This document shows, in pieces, positions 24,601 through 37,050 of a stretch of DNA of 64,000 bases (positions are counted from its first letter, which is position 1; every line of letters begins with the position of its first letter). The position numbers were made by a program, and so were the translations under genes. The notes under the pieces were generated by a model that had not been told where the DNA came from, made no database searches, and was given only the letters and a program-made list of their open reading frames with translations. Source of the DNA: Heteronotia binoei (taxonomy: Eukaryota); assembly GCF_032191835.1 (NCBI RefSeq), contig NC_083226.1:51708001-51772000 (forward strand), written 5' to 3'.

Positions 24601-26008
24601 GTGAGTGCCAAGAGAGCGGCAAGGAAAGGGGGTCCATTCTCAACTGCATTACCACTGAGAAATGCTGGGACACATCAACATCTTAATCAATATGCAAGAG
24701 TCAATTACTGGGGAAGCACAAGCTTAAGCAGGATCTGATTATTAGGTTCACGTCCAGGCAGCCAAATGAGTTTAATCAATAAAGACCTAAATATCAGGCC
24801 GTGTACTCAGAGCCGCCACCTCCTGCACATTCAAGTCCTGTATTACATAAAGATGCTTGGATCTCATTCACAGGGGTATCAAAATATTAGGTGACTTGCA
24901 CATGATCTAGAAAGTTGCACTTTTGTAGTATGTGCAGAACAAAACAACTAAGTGCTAGAAAAGTCTGTACATCTCTGCTTTGAAACAGAGGAAATGAACT
25001 GCACAATCAGTTGTCAATTTAGCTTATATCTCCTGATAGAACTGCCACCCAGGTCATGCATGCTTTTAGGTCCATGCCACCAGCAATCCCTGCACACACA
25101 CCCTCCAGGGATGTTCTGGTCTTTGGCCTAACCCTATAACTTTTATTTCCAACTCTAACAGTAGGGAACAAAAGATGGGGAGAAACATATTCCATCTGCA
25201 ATATCTTGCTGAGTGACTGCATTTTCCTTCCTGTTGCAGGTATAAGCTTGCTTATGATCAGAGGTATGAGCTGAAAGGCAAGAATCAAGGGGTTCTTGAT
25301 CCTTTGGCTCTTGGCCTGTATTTTCAGATTACCAATCAACTACTTATGACATACAGTGCGATCCTGGCTGAGTCCAGACTGGCAGCTTGAGGTGCATCCC
25401 AAATTGGACCAGCTCAAAATGGAGCAGCCAAAGCCTATCCACAGCTCCCCCACAAAGTGCCCATATCCTGTGCGGGAGGTGCTTTGGCGTGGTCAGACAG
25501 CTGTCATGCATCATCCCTTCAGATCGGTTTGGGTTCCTTTTTCCCCGTTCATTTCAGTGCTCATGCACATATGTGCCCATGCGCCAATGTGTCTAAGCAC
25601 TTGGAAGCAATGCAGTTTTTTAAAAGTCAGAAGTGGCTTGGGGCAGTCTGGTTGGTTCACACCGCCAGTCCGACTCACTTGCATGCTCCAGCATTCAGAC
25701 GCTGGAAAGGCAGATGCCGTGCAGTGCCAAAATTTGCTACCACTTCAAAAGTGTTAGCTTTTTGAGTGGCCTCAGAGATGCCTAAGGATGGGATGAGTAC
25801 TGGAGCAGGCAGGAGGCAGATTTGCTTCTTTGGACTTATCTGTCTGAGAGCTGTCCCTGTGTCGGCTTAAAGTGCTGGTCCGGACACAACCCCTAAGGAC
25901 ACTTTCCTGGGAGTAAGCCCTAAAGTTGACTTCAGAGTACAACTGCTTAGGATTACTCTCATAGTTTCTGTTTCGGGGGAGGGAGGTGTTGCTGTTGTAA
26001 ATCACTTG

Positions 26009-27256
26009 GGCCGTTTTCGCACTTAGCGTTTGCTCCCCTTTTTCCGCGGCGCAATTATGTCCGGATCATTTTTCTCGTTTTCCCACTAGTGACTCTTTGC
26101 GGAGTCGCCTTCCCTGAAGCCCCGGCTCAAATCGTTTTCCCACTGGCATCGGCTTGAGTCCGATGCTCTGTCAATCATTTTTTTTTTAAGCGCAAGTCTG
26201 GTTGCGTAATGACGTACTAACGTACTAACGTAACATCGAGCTGCTGCCTCCCCTTCTTTTCGTGGACAAACCGCATCACGTGTGCTGCTGCTGCTTATGG
26301 ATTGGCTGCAGCTGTAGAATCCTCCACAGCCCTTTATGTATTAACAGAAGCATTCACAGTGGAGAATCCTAGCACTAGATTCCCCCCCCCCCAAATTCTG
26401 AAGCACTAGATCCCCCCCCCAAATTTCCTCCGCTCTCTTTCCCCTCCCCGGCTGGCGCTTGCAACGGGGACCTGACTGATTCCTGCTGCGAGAGCTCCCC
26501 CCCCCCGCTCCATTGTCTCCTTCCCCTTCTGTGGCGCGTGTGAGGAGCTCGCTCGCGTCTACTTTCTAACCGAGCGGAATGTAGCCAGGGAGAAGAATGC
26601 AGGACTCCAACTTCCCATTTTATACATGGCGATTTTGGCAGGTCCAGAAATCCTGGTGGCACAGCTGAGGGAGGCATTCCCTTCTTAAAACACACACACA
26701 TGGACGCTTTGGCCCGCACCGGCACTACATTCCCCCCCCCCAGCAGTGGTCGTTTTCGCATTATCGAGATAACGCAACAGCGGAATAACGCAACTAAAGT
26801 CCATAATAAAAAAAAAATCTAACGAAACCAATTGAAGTGCCAATTGAGGCTATTCCAGGAGGGGTTTTTTTTTTCTATTTGTTAATTTCGAAATATCGCT
26901 ATTACGCAAAACTGTGAAGTTTAAAAAAAAAAATGGCCGTGCCGGCACTTTGGGGAAGCGCCGCGAAAGGCTGATGATTGGCCAAGCGGGTGGATGGGGT
27001 GGGAGGACGGAAAGGGAGAGGGTGACGCCCCCAAAGCAGTCGATCCGGCGTGGATGGATTTCGCACAGGAAACTCCGCTGAGTGGATCCGGAGGTTTTCG
27101 GAAACTCCGGCAACTTGCTGAAAAACATACTCCGGCGTAAAATCCCTGAAGCGCCGGAGCAAAGCGCAGCGCCGGAGCAACATGTGCGAAATCCAAGAGA
27201 AGATCCGGAGGTAAATGGGGCGCTACGCCGGAGCAAACGCTAGTGCGAAAACGGCC
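26009..27256. mobile_element. Non-autonomous PIF/Harbinger transposon (1248 bp)
   Basis: TIRs ggccgttttcgcact / agtgcgaaaacggcc; 3-bp TSD ttg at 26006-26008 and 27257-27259; very CpG-rich, so probably young; no transposase motifs recognised. Confidence 0.85.
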
Positions 27257-27338
27257 TTGGACTCTTTTTAGGGAGAAATGTGGAGCAAAACATTTTAAGA
27301 AATAAAATAAGTCTATGCAACTGTATTTGCTCTGCGTG

Positions 27339-27553
27339 TACATATGAACATATGAAGCTGCCTTATACTGAATCAGACCCTCGGTCCATCAAAGTCAGTA
27401 TTGTCTACTCAGACTGGCAGCGGCTCTTCAGGGTCTCAAGCTAAGGTTTTTCACACCTATTTGCCTGGACCCTTTTAGTTGGAGAAGCCAGGGACTGAAC
27501 CTGGGACCTTCTGCTTACCAAGCAGATGCTCTACCACTGAGCCACCGTCCCTC
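27339..27553 (-). mobile_element. Squam2-like tRNA-derived SINE
   Basis: The reverse strand begins gagggacggtggctcagtggtagagcatctgc (A box), has a B-box-like ggttcagtcc and ends in a CR1-like (catatgtt)n tail. Confidence 0.8.
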
Positions 27554-30146
27554 CTCTTGTAAAGATATATTTATTTATCCTAGTTACCTGTGCCCCTTCC
27601 ATTCCATTATTACCATAACCATTGCTGATTTTAGATTGCAAGCTCTATGCTGACAGGGACCTTTCTGTATTGCTGCTTATACAGCCTCATTAAACACTAT
27701 GTATATGGATGGTAGTCAGTAAAAACAAAAAAGACTCTACAAATGGTTACATACTTTGCCCAAAAAAGCTGGTTTGTGGTGCAGAATAGTCTAAGACATT
27801 CTGGTTTTAGCAAAGTCTGGACATGAACAGGCTAGAAACACAGTTCCAGTGGAAGCCAAAAGAGGTATCTTTGCTTGCTGAATGCAAGCAAAATAACATG
27901 CATATTCAGTAGATCAAGCTTGATATTCTAACTTAGAGGAAACAGTATCACTATGTGCTTTAAAAAATTGTGTATCTGCACAGGATTAGATCAGTTAGAA
28001 CATCCACCCCATAAAAACCAGCTGTGGCATCAAAACTCCAGAATTTTCTCTCAAAGGAGATGTCTATCCTCTTCTGTTTCCACTAATGATGCAAATGAAA
28101 AGGATTCACCTAAAGATGCTTTTTTATGTGGAATGTGCTGGGAACTTTTTACAATAGAAGAGCCTTCTCCATTTGCACCACTGGCTCTTTTGTCTACTTT
28201 TTTCTCTGTGACTGATATGGCCCTTCTGTTTTCTCTTGGCTTGTTGTAAACTGCCTCGTGAATCACCTATGCTGGTTGAGGGTCACAACATGCAGCTGCA
28301 TAAAGCAGATAATTGAATGCACAATCATCTCACAACTATGTGAAGCTGGATTCTCCAACCGTACGATGTGCTTCTGAGCTGGATTTGCATATTGGAGAAA
28401 ATCCTGGGTGGAAAAGCACATCTTGCGAAACTGAGCAAATAAACTGGCACCAATCCACTGCCACAGTTCTTTCTAACCTTATTATTATCAGAGACAGGGA
28501 AGGCTGGTGTGTGTGGGGGGGGAGAGTGTGAAAAAATGGCCAGCGTAACAGGATAGTGAAAGAATGACATATTTGTCTGTTAAGTATAAATATGAACAGC
28601 TATGGAGATCTGGTGCTACAGTGCTGCTCGGTTTTGACTCCAGCCACATTCATCTATTGCCAGGAAACACTAGATTTAGTACCTGAGGGATTGCAGTCTC
28701 AAATACCTTCTGCATTTCTTTTTTAATATGCTGCCAAGAATTTAAATTAGTAAAAGCTGGGGACTGACAAGGAAAAAAAACTTGATCCCCAAGAGCTTTT
28801 CTGGCATTGGTTTATCAGGGAATATGGTACCATTATTTTTGTTATATTTGGGGGGTTTTTGTGGTGGTCAGGGAGCTCATTTATAACCCAGTGACTTCTA
28901 CTCCCAAATGCATTTTTTAAAAGTTAAACAGACAGAGGGCTTGATTATCTTGGTGGCGCTAGGAGCTGTCATTCTGTTTATATGTTAGATGCCTTCTTGG
29001 CCTGCACTCATTTTAACATATTTTTGAAGAGGTCAGAAGGAGGCAACAGAAAAGGTCCTCTGCAGAGGTGTGTGATCTATCCAGACTGCTCATCCACCTG
29101 GAACCTCTCTAGCAGATGAAATGAAGGCAATATGGGCAGCTTGTTGGCTTCCAGTTCTATATTGAACACATTGGCCTGGGTTAGAAAAATTAGGACTATT
29201 TTTATGTGCCAAAAGGCTTTGAACTTCTGGTTCTCATCAGCAATTCTACATGTTGTTATATGGAAAACCTCTGAAGAGTTTCAAAAACAGTTTCTGAGAG
29301 AGGGCCTGCTATTCAAAGTGGGGAAAGGCCGAAATACTTCTGTGTATACCCAAGATCTTGGGTACCCTAAAATAGCTCTTTGGATTAAAGTCATAATTAG
29401 ACTAAAGGAAACTCCTGTTGATTTCAGTGGAAATGACTTGCTTAAACCTTCCAGGGACAAATAAGCTATATTTTACAGTGCATTCCTAAGAGCATTATCC
29501 TGGGAGTAAGCTCCATTGAATAGACCTTAGCAGAATTCAGAGTAGACTTGCTTAGGACTGCCTTCTAAATGAAGCTAGATGCTGGTGCCAAGCTACCTGT
29601 ATGTCTACAGATTAGCTGTTGTTGTAATGGGCCTTCATTGTTGTTATGGGCCATCAGACATCAAGGAATGAAGGGCTTGGTAAGAAGGGGAGCTAAGGAA
29701 AACCACAAGTAAGAAATCCTGAAAATATGCAGTATAAACCAGTGAGAAAAGAGAGCTGAATTACAGAAGGAAAACCCAAGGCAGTATTCATTCATTCATT
29801 CATTCATTCTCAAATAGACAAAAGGGTTTCCTCCCCCCAAAAAACTCTTGTAGCTGAATGACTTGAGGGAATCCTCTGTGTGCTTTGTTTATTTGACTGG
29901 GGGGGAGGGGGGGAATACACAAAATCCATACCAGGTTTTCTTTTCCATTGTTTCAGTTCTCTCGACCAAGCAGGGAATCCCTGGAATCTGTGTAGTACAG
30001 ATCAGAGGCTATTTACAAATGGCAGTGACACACATTTTATTTCCAGCATTTCTGATCTTTTACATGTGGCACAAGACTGTATGCCCCCCAGAATATTTAT
30101 TTGACTAACCTGCTACTTGTTCAGTTGTAAAATGGGCAAGCGCTGA

Positions 30147-30315
30147 TCTGGATGACCCAGGCTAGCCTGGTCTTGTCAGATCTCAGAAGCTAAGCAGGGT
30201 CAGCCCTGGTTAGTATTTGGATGGGAGATCACCAAGGAAACCCAGGGTTTCTATACAGATGCCAACAATGACAAACCACCTCTGAATGTCTCCTGTCCTG
30301 AAAACGCTGCGGGTT
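30147..30315 (+). mobile_element. 5S rRNA-derived SINE (5S-Sauria-like)
   Basis: 30165-30235 'gcctggtcttgtcagatctcagaagctaagcagggtcagccctggttagtatttggatgggaga' matches 5S rRNA boxes A to C; it lacks authentic 5S ends and continues into a non-5S body. Confidence 0.8.
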
Positions 30316-30585
30316 TCCCCCACCAAAATGGAAAATTATGCATATGTTGATGCAAACATACAGCTTCCAAAGCACATGGTAAGCACTGAATATCACACCC
30401 TAATATGATCAGGTAGTTATACCCCAATGAGATTGTAGCTGGACACTGCACATTTCACACATGTGTAACTAACATTCTTACATGTTATAATTACACTGTA
30501 ATAGCCCTACTATTCTATTTTTCACATCTACCTCTGTTGGGAGAAGTCTGCACATTACCTCCAGTCAAGGGAATTAATCCATATA

Positions 30586-30759
30586 CAGGGCTGGCCCTGC
30601 CACTAGACAAACTAGGTGATTGCCTAGGGTGCCATCCTTCTGGGGGCACCTAATTGGGCATCCCCCCCATGTGACTTGGTAATGTTATTAGTGCAGGGGG
30701 GGGGAGTGCACCAGAAGTTAGCCTTGCCTAGGGTGCCAGACAGTCTAGGATCATCGCTG
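30586..30759. mobile_element. hAT MITE
   Basis: CAG...CTG termini, inverted ttgcctagggtgcca-related blocks, 8-bp TSD tccatata / tccatatc. Confidence 0.75.
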
Positions 30760-31897
30760 TCCATATCGCTTCAGTCCTGAACAAGCTGGGTGGTAAAGGT
30801 GTTGTTGTTTTTTTGCCTTAAATAAATTATCATATGGCATTGTGTGTGGCATAGCCAGGAGATCCTAGGATTGTTTGGCAGCCTGAAGTTCTAACTCTTT
30901 TTAAGCATTATGCAGCAATAGGCTTATTTTGGGAGGCTGGAAGAGTTTGGCACCAAATGGAGGAGGGCAGAACCAAACCCATTTCTCCAGATTAGTCTTG
31001 TTGCTTTTATTCACTACACCACACTGGCAAAACCGCCCCACTTTTTTTTTTTTTTTTGCCTTAAATACTTGTCAACAAAACAGAAATTTAGCTCCAGCTT
31101 TTATGTGGCACTTATATGAGGCTATCACATCAGGATTTCACTTAATATTATATAGGAAGGAATATGCAAAACCTAAGTCATCCAGAATATACACAAAAAT
31201 AACCTTTTAAAGTATCCTTAATATCTAATTTGTAGTGGAAAAATATAAATTTGGTAATATCTGGAAATATTTAGACCTGGGTGTTATTCTGAAACTTTGC
31301 TATCTCATTCAGTGTTCACAGAGATCAGATGAATGGGGGAGAGATCCAGTCAAAAGATATATAGGAGACTAATCACAGATTTTGCTACCAAAGAGAGTAT
31401 TAGGTCCATCTTACAAAAGTGTTTACACCATTACTTTTTTTAGCTTATTGGTTTAGGGAGAGCTTTGATTTGAGTCCTTATTAGAGTAGTGTTTCCATTT
31501 CTTTTTTCTCTGGTGCTGTGCCTGCCTGTCAGAGTGGCAAATGCTGTCATATGCAGGTACGCAGGCACGAAGTACTGAAGACTGGACGGGATTGGCAAGT
31601 GCGATAGTCTCTCCATGTGATATAAAGCGCTGCTACTAGCCAGAGTGAAATAAACATTTTGCTTACAAATGCAGAGAATAAAACAGGCATTACTGTCACC
31701 TATGGACAAATTGTGTGGAGTGATATGATGCCTTGCCATTTTAATATGTGCATACGTCAAACAAACAAACTAATGTAGGGCCCAATCAGATGAACATAAG
31801 AGACTGAAGTTTTTTTAATGTCTTTAATTTCATTTAAAAGTAATCACTGAGCACAAAAATTGGGATGGACACATTGGTGGTTCCAGTGAGGTAGAAT

Positions 31898-32494
31898 TAG
31901 GGCTGCCAAGTTCCCACTTAGGGTGGGATTTCCCCCATTTGAGGACCCTCAAGAAGAAGAAGACTGCAGATTTATACCCTGCCCTTCTCTCTGAATCAGA
32001 GACTCAGAGCGGCTCACAATCTCCTATATCTTCTCACCCCACAACAGACACCCTGTGAGGTGGGTGGAGCTGAGAGGGCTCTCACAGCAGCTGCCCTTTC
32101 AAGGACAACCTCTGTGATAGCTATGGCTGACCCAAGGCCATTCCAGCAGCTGCAAGTGGAGGAGTGGGGAATCAAACCCAGTTCTCCCAGATAAGAGTCT
32201 GAACACTTAACCACTACACCAAACACTCTACATCACTAGCATGGAGCTGGCTGGTGGGGGGATCCCTGCTCCCCAAAAGCTCCATCAGCATGTGACATGC
32301 CCAATGCAATGATGTCACCCGAAAGTGATGTCATTTCACTGGGTATATTGCGCCAAGAACATTCTATCATTTTTACCCAAATTCTAGAGCATCGCCAGTA
32401 TGATGTGCCAAGCACGATGATGTCATTTCCAGGTGACATCATTGTGCCACATGCAAGTCCCCCTCCGAGTCAAAGGTAGGACTTGTCAACTCTA
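31898..32494. mobile_element. hAT MITE (TAGGGTTGCCA-type) interrupted by a Squam3-like SINE (~31952-32227)
   Basis: TIRs tagggctgccaag / cttgtcaactcta; TSD ggtagaat / ggtagagt. Confidence 0.75.
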
Positions 32495-34129
32495 GGTAGA
32501 GTTATTAAGGTGCTATTTGACTTGGTTGGGGAAAATGACAGTCATCTTCCTGTCCATTTGAAAGAAATGCAGGCTGCATGTTTCTATTTTTTAACAAAAC
32601 AAAGCAAAACACATGTAGGCAAAAGGACCTAAACCCTGTCTCCTCCTGGATTTTATTTTGCTGCATACCATTTATTTCAGTGTTTTTCTTCCAGCTGGGC
32701 TCATGTTTCAGAACAGGACTGGGAGAAAGATTTGTCAACTATTAAAGAAAACTGAGAAAATGCATGGGGGGAATCATTCATGAATGTTCTAAAATGGGGT
32801 CAGTTTCCCCTATCTACCCAAAATTAAGTAGGAAGAAGCCCTTGGTTTAGAGGTTCAAATTCCTCAAGAATGTCATCCTAATTGAATGAGGGGAATTAAC
32901 AGTCAAAAATATGTTTCTCAATGAAATTATCAGAAATACATAACAAATATAATAAAGTAAATGGACATGTGTAATAATAAAACCATAAATAAGTAAGCCA
33001 GATAAAGAATTAAAAACCTTAAAACTAAAATGACACACAAAAAATTAAAAATGTGTTCATCCCTACAAATCATATGAGGCCACAATCCAAAGGCATAACC
33101 CGAAGAATCTATATGAACATTTAGTCAAAAGCCACCAAGACAGCTGAAGCAAGGGAATGTAGGGCAATAAGGATAATTAAATTGGCAGTGGCCATTGTTA
33201 GTGGCAGCTCCCTGTTTCAACTAAAATCACAAATTCCTATGCTTAGATCTGGGGTTGTGGTTGTTGTTGCAATGTAGCCCTTCAACTGACAATAACATCT
33301 TTAGACAATTAAAAATCACACAGAAAATAACCCCTCGGCTTTAGCAATGTTGCTTCAAAAAGCCTGAGAGTCAGTACTTTCCATGTACAGTAGAATCCCA
33401 CTAGCAATGTCTCAGGTCTTTTCCAATGAAAACAATAAGCCTCATGTTCCCCAAATGAGCACAGCATGTATGTGCTGCTAAGCAATGATTTCAGTCTTTC
33501 TGAACAATTAGGTTAAGTTTCATAGGGGCTATCTCCTTCCTAACTGCCAAAAGAATATTGTTGCTATTGTGGGTTTCTAATACACACATTAGTATCAAAT
33601 TAAAGTTGCATTCTGCAAGGATGAGCCTATGTTCCTAGCTACTATCAAAACTACCTCCTTGCACACATCTGAGCCTAAAGGGACATTCAGGCTTGAGACA
33701 CCCAGTGCTCAACATTCTACCCCTCATGCCACTTTAGTTCCTCTGTGCTAGAATCACTTGCCTATGGAACATTAGGATTCCTGCCCAGGTTTTGTTAGGC
33801 ACAAAAATGGCCCATTTCCAGACATTTTTTAGCAACTGCAAAACCTCTTCAGAAATGTGTACATAAAACCACATATAGGGGGATGGAATAATGTCCACTG
33901 TTGCCTATGATTCAACCAAACATCTGGAGCATATGCCACATGTCCATCCAAGTATGTGTTTTGAGGCTTCTCCCTTTAAAAAAATATCCTGGTTTCATGA
34001 AAGATCATATAAATATGTACGTGCATGCCTTGCAAATGTTCAGCTGAATGCATGGATGTTGGTGTTAGGATCAGGTATTCTGGTTCCACTCGCCTCTATG
34101 TGCATTCAGTGAAGAATCGTAGAAGCATC

Positions 34130-35095
34130 TAAAGAGAACCATTTTAAAAGTTTTATTAGTTTCAAGGAATTAGGAATAGGGAGTAGGAAAGGATAAGAAA
34201 TAAAGATTACAAATCAGTCTTAATCTGCATAAAAATACTTTCAAAGAATACAAGTCTACATCTGCAATACTTTCTTAAAATACATAAATTGTCACATATT
34301 GTTGTCTCTAAACAATGCATCATCAACATTTTGATATTTTATATTATAAATCTTTTTGTTAAAATATCTATTAAAATTGACATTTCCAATAAAGGCAATT
34401 TTGTAATACAGTATACAGGAAAGAGGAGATATAAGTTCAGAGAATCTTAAGAGTGTTGAGTATCTAGCCAGGCGTAAAATTTCATCCAATATTTTCTTGC
34501 TTCTCCCTTAGATTTCCCAGCCAACAGCTGGGATAAAAAGTCCAGCTCTGCTGTTTCCAGAATTTTTCCCACCAAGTCCATTCTCATGGGGATTTCCTGA
34601 GATTTCAGTCTCTGTGCCAAGAGAATCCTGGCTGCTGTATTGAAATGTGCCAACAAATGTCTCATTTCTTTAGAATAGTCTTCAGGAAATATATTCAATA
34701 AAAATAGTTCTGTCTTGAATTGAATCTGCATAATCTTCTGTAGTAGTTTGTGAACCATTTTCCAGTAGTCCTTCACCATCTCACATGTCCATCACATATG
34801 ATAAAAAGAACCAACCTGTTTAGCACATTTCCAACATTTGTTAGACATATTAGTATAAATCTTACACAATATCTGTGGAGTTAAGTACCATCTATAAAAC
34901 ATCTTATACAAGTTTTCTTTAAAAGTTACTTTAGTTAATTTAATATTGAACTTCCACAATCTCTCCCATTCTTCTAATGTAATGTTATGACCCGTTTTTC
35001 GCCCATTGGACCATACAGTCTTTTACAACTTCATCTTGAGTCTTCATCTGTAGTAGATATGCATATAATTTAGAGATTAGCATCTAAAGAGAACC
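34130..35095 (-). mobile_element. L1 LINE 3' fragment (ORF2 C-terminus)
   Basis: Minus strand KCAKQVGSFYHM*WTC (CCHC knuckle), then YWKMVHK...LFLLNI...TAARILLAQ; AT-rich 3' UTR. Confidence 0.75.
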
Positions 35096-35266
35096 AATGT
35101 GTCTTGACATAATGTGCATGCCAAATTTCAGTTTTCAAGTTGCCTTCAGAGACCTAAATGCATCTGTGCTTATGTATGTGTGCATATGTGTGAGTAAATG
35201 CTCAGCCCTGATTCACCAGCAAGACTGCTGGAGTTGTTATTGACATGTGTATGTATCCCTATACGG

Positions 35267-35368
35267 CAGGGGTCCCCAACCCTCGGGCCATGGATCGGTA
35301 CCTGTTAGCAACCGGGCCACGAGTTGTGTAATTATTTCATTATATATTACAATGCAGTAATAATAATA
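35267..35368 (+). mobile_element. MER1/Charlie3(OC1)-like hAT MITE, left part
   Basis: caggggtccccaacc..gggcca.gga.cggtac..ctgttag.aaccgggcc, then agttgtgtaattatttcattatatattacaatg..taataataat, as in the recalled MER1 consensus; cut off by a SINE. Confidence 0.65.
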
Positions 35369-35371
35369 ACA

Positions 35372-35580
35372 CAACATTGGATTTATATCCTGCCTTCCAT
35401 TCCGAATTTCAGAGTTTCAGAGCAGCTCAAAATCTCCTTTACCTTCCTCCCCCACAACAGACACCCTGTGAGGTGGGTGGGGCTGAAAGAGTTCTGACAG
35501 AAGCTGCCCTTTCAAGGACAACTTGAAGCTATGGCTGACCCAAGGTCATTCCAATAGCTGCAAGTGGAGGAGTGGGGAAT
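35372..35580 (-). mobile_element. Squam3-like SINE, lacking part of the head
   Basis: attggatttatatcc...cccacaacagacaccctgtgaggtgggtgg...gtggaggagtggggaat. Confidence 0.8.
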
Positions 35581-35584
35581 GAAG

Positions 35585-37050
35585 CAAATTCAGCCAAAAT
35601 CTCAGCTGGATAGGAAAGCGAATACTTTCCTTCACTGGTTCAAATACTTCCATGTAACTCACCTTTTGTCTGGTAACAGATTTAAAGAGCCATTTGCATG
35701 ACCTTCAACTACTTTTGAGACCCTCATTCAATCTTCTGAGAAATTAAAAAAGGGTTTCATTTCCAAGATTTATCAAATTTTGCTTTGTCACTCCAGCAGA
35801 AACTTGCCTTCCTGTTCTACTCTCTGGCATAGAAACCTAAATAAGACACTCACCTCAGACCATTGGAACAGAATTTGGGCTTCAGAGGCATTGCACGCTA
35901 AAGCCTGGAATATATCTCAGCAAAACTTTAAACTTCTAACTAGGTGGTACCAAACACCTTTAGCCCTTTTTCACTATATACCTAGTTACCCTCCAATCTG
36001 TTGGAAACAAGTGGAGTGAAGGCCTCATATTATCATTGTTGGTGGGACTGTCAGGTGAGCAAAGCCTTCTGGAAGAAAATTATAGACTTAATCACTGATA
36101 TTACAGGCTTTACTTTGCCTGTGAGACCCGAAATCATACTGCTAAATGATTAAAGTCTTGACATGTCTAAAATCTCTATTGATACAACCACTCTTGGTGG
36201 CAGAAACATTTATCACTCAAAACTGGAAAAATTCCCATCAACTATCAATAGATTCCTAGTTTTTAAAAATTTGGGAATGTATCATCTTGTACAAAATTAC
36301 TTGTCGTTTAGATCACTCTGACCCATATCAGGCCTATTCAGATTATATTGTAGTCAGGTCCCCTTTTTTGGAGAAAATACTCTGACTCTTTTTATAAAAT
36401 ATTGGGCATTTTCACACAGAGCTTACCCCCGGAGCGACGTCCCTCTTCACCGCGCAGCGTCTGCGCGGATTTCGCACCAACTGCTCCGCAGAACCAGGAA
36501 GAGCTGCGAAGTGCCAATCCTTTTGCGTCGCAAATGTAAACCGCTAAAAACCAGTTTACGTTAGGGACGCAAAAGCTGCGGCTCTTTGCGGCTCTTCCTG
36601 GTTCTGCGGAGCAGTTGGTGCGAAATCCGCACAGACGCTGCTGCGCGGTGAAAAGGGACGTCGCTCCGGGGTAAGCTCTGTGCGAAAACGCCCATTGTTT
36701 AGTAACCCCAGGCTATATAAGGACTTTTTGCTATACTAATATAGTAGACTTACCTTTCATTTGGGTTTATTCATGTCTCCCTGGTAGTCCCAGTGTTTTC
36801 ATGGTACTATTTGCACTTCCTGTGGGAGGAGAAAGATTTGTTTGCTGTTTTTATTACTTTTTATCTCTTATTATAAGCCCTTTTTTAACATGGTAATAAT
36901 TTGTTTCATTTGAGTATATCTGTCTGATTATTTATGGGACAATTTACATGCTATTGTACTGAACAGTTATTCTTTATTTATATTGTTCTGTATTGGATTA
37001 TTACATTTGTATTGGATTATTTCATTTTAATAAAGTTGGTAAAAAAACTA
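35585..37050 (+). mobile_element. L1 LINE 3' fragment, different subfamily, with nested MITE
   Basis: WNRIW...QNFKLLTRWYQTP...CWK, then SYYHCWWDC...FW (ORF2 C-terminal knuckle); ends aataaag followed by an A-rich tail. Confidence 0.7.
36404..36693. mobile_element. Harbinger-type hairpin MITE (290 bp)
   Basis: Almost fully self-complementary; TIRs gggcattttcacacagagcttacccc / ggggtaagctctgtgcgaaaacgccc; 3-bp TSD att; CpG-rich. Confidence 0.9.

Noticed and set aside
26850-27343. Overlapping 93-140-aa ORFs in the Harbinger element as transposase or Myb remnants
   Set aside because: No DDE_Tnp_4 or Myb/SANT motifs are visible, and GC-rich sequence yields long ORFs by chance.
27490-27553. tRNA gene
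   Set aside because: It has A/B boxes but no complete cloverleaf and continues into a SINE body. The same applies to the Squam3-like heads.
30165-30235. Functional 5S rRNA gene
   Set aside because: Only the internal part matches, with substitutions; authentic 5' and 3' ends and the terminator are missing, so it is a SINE head.
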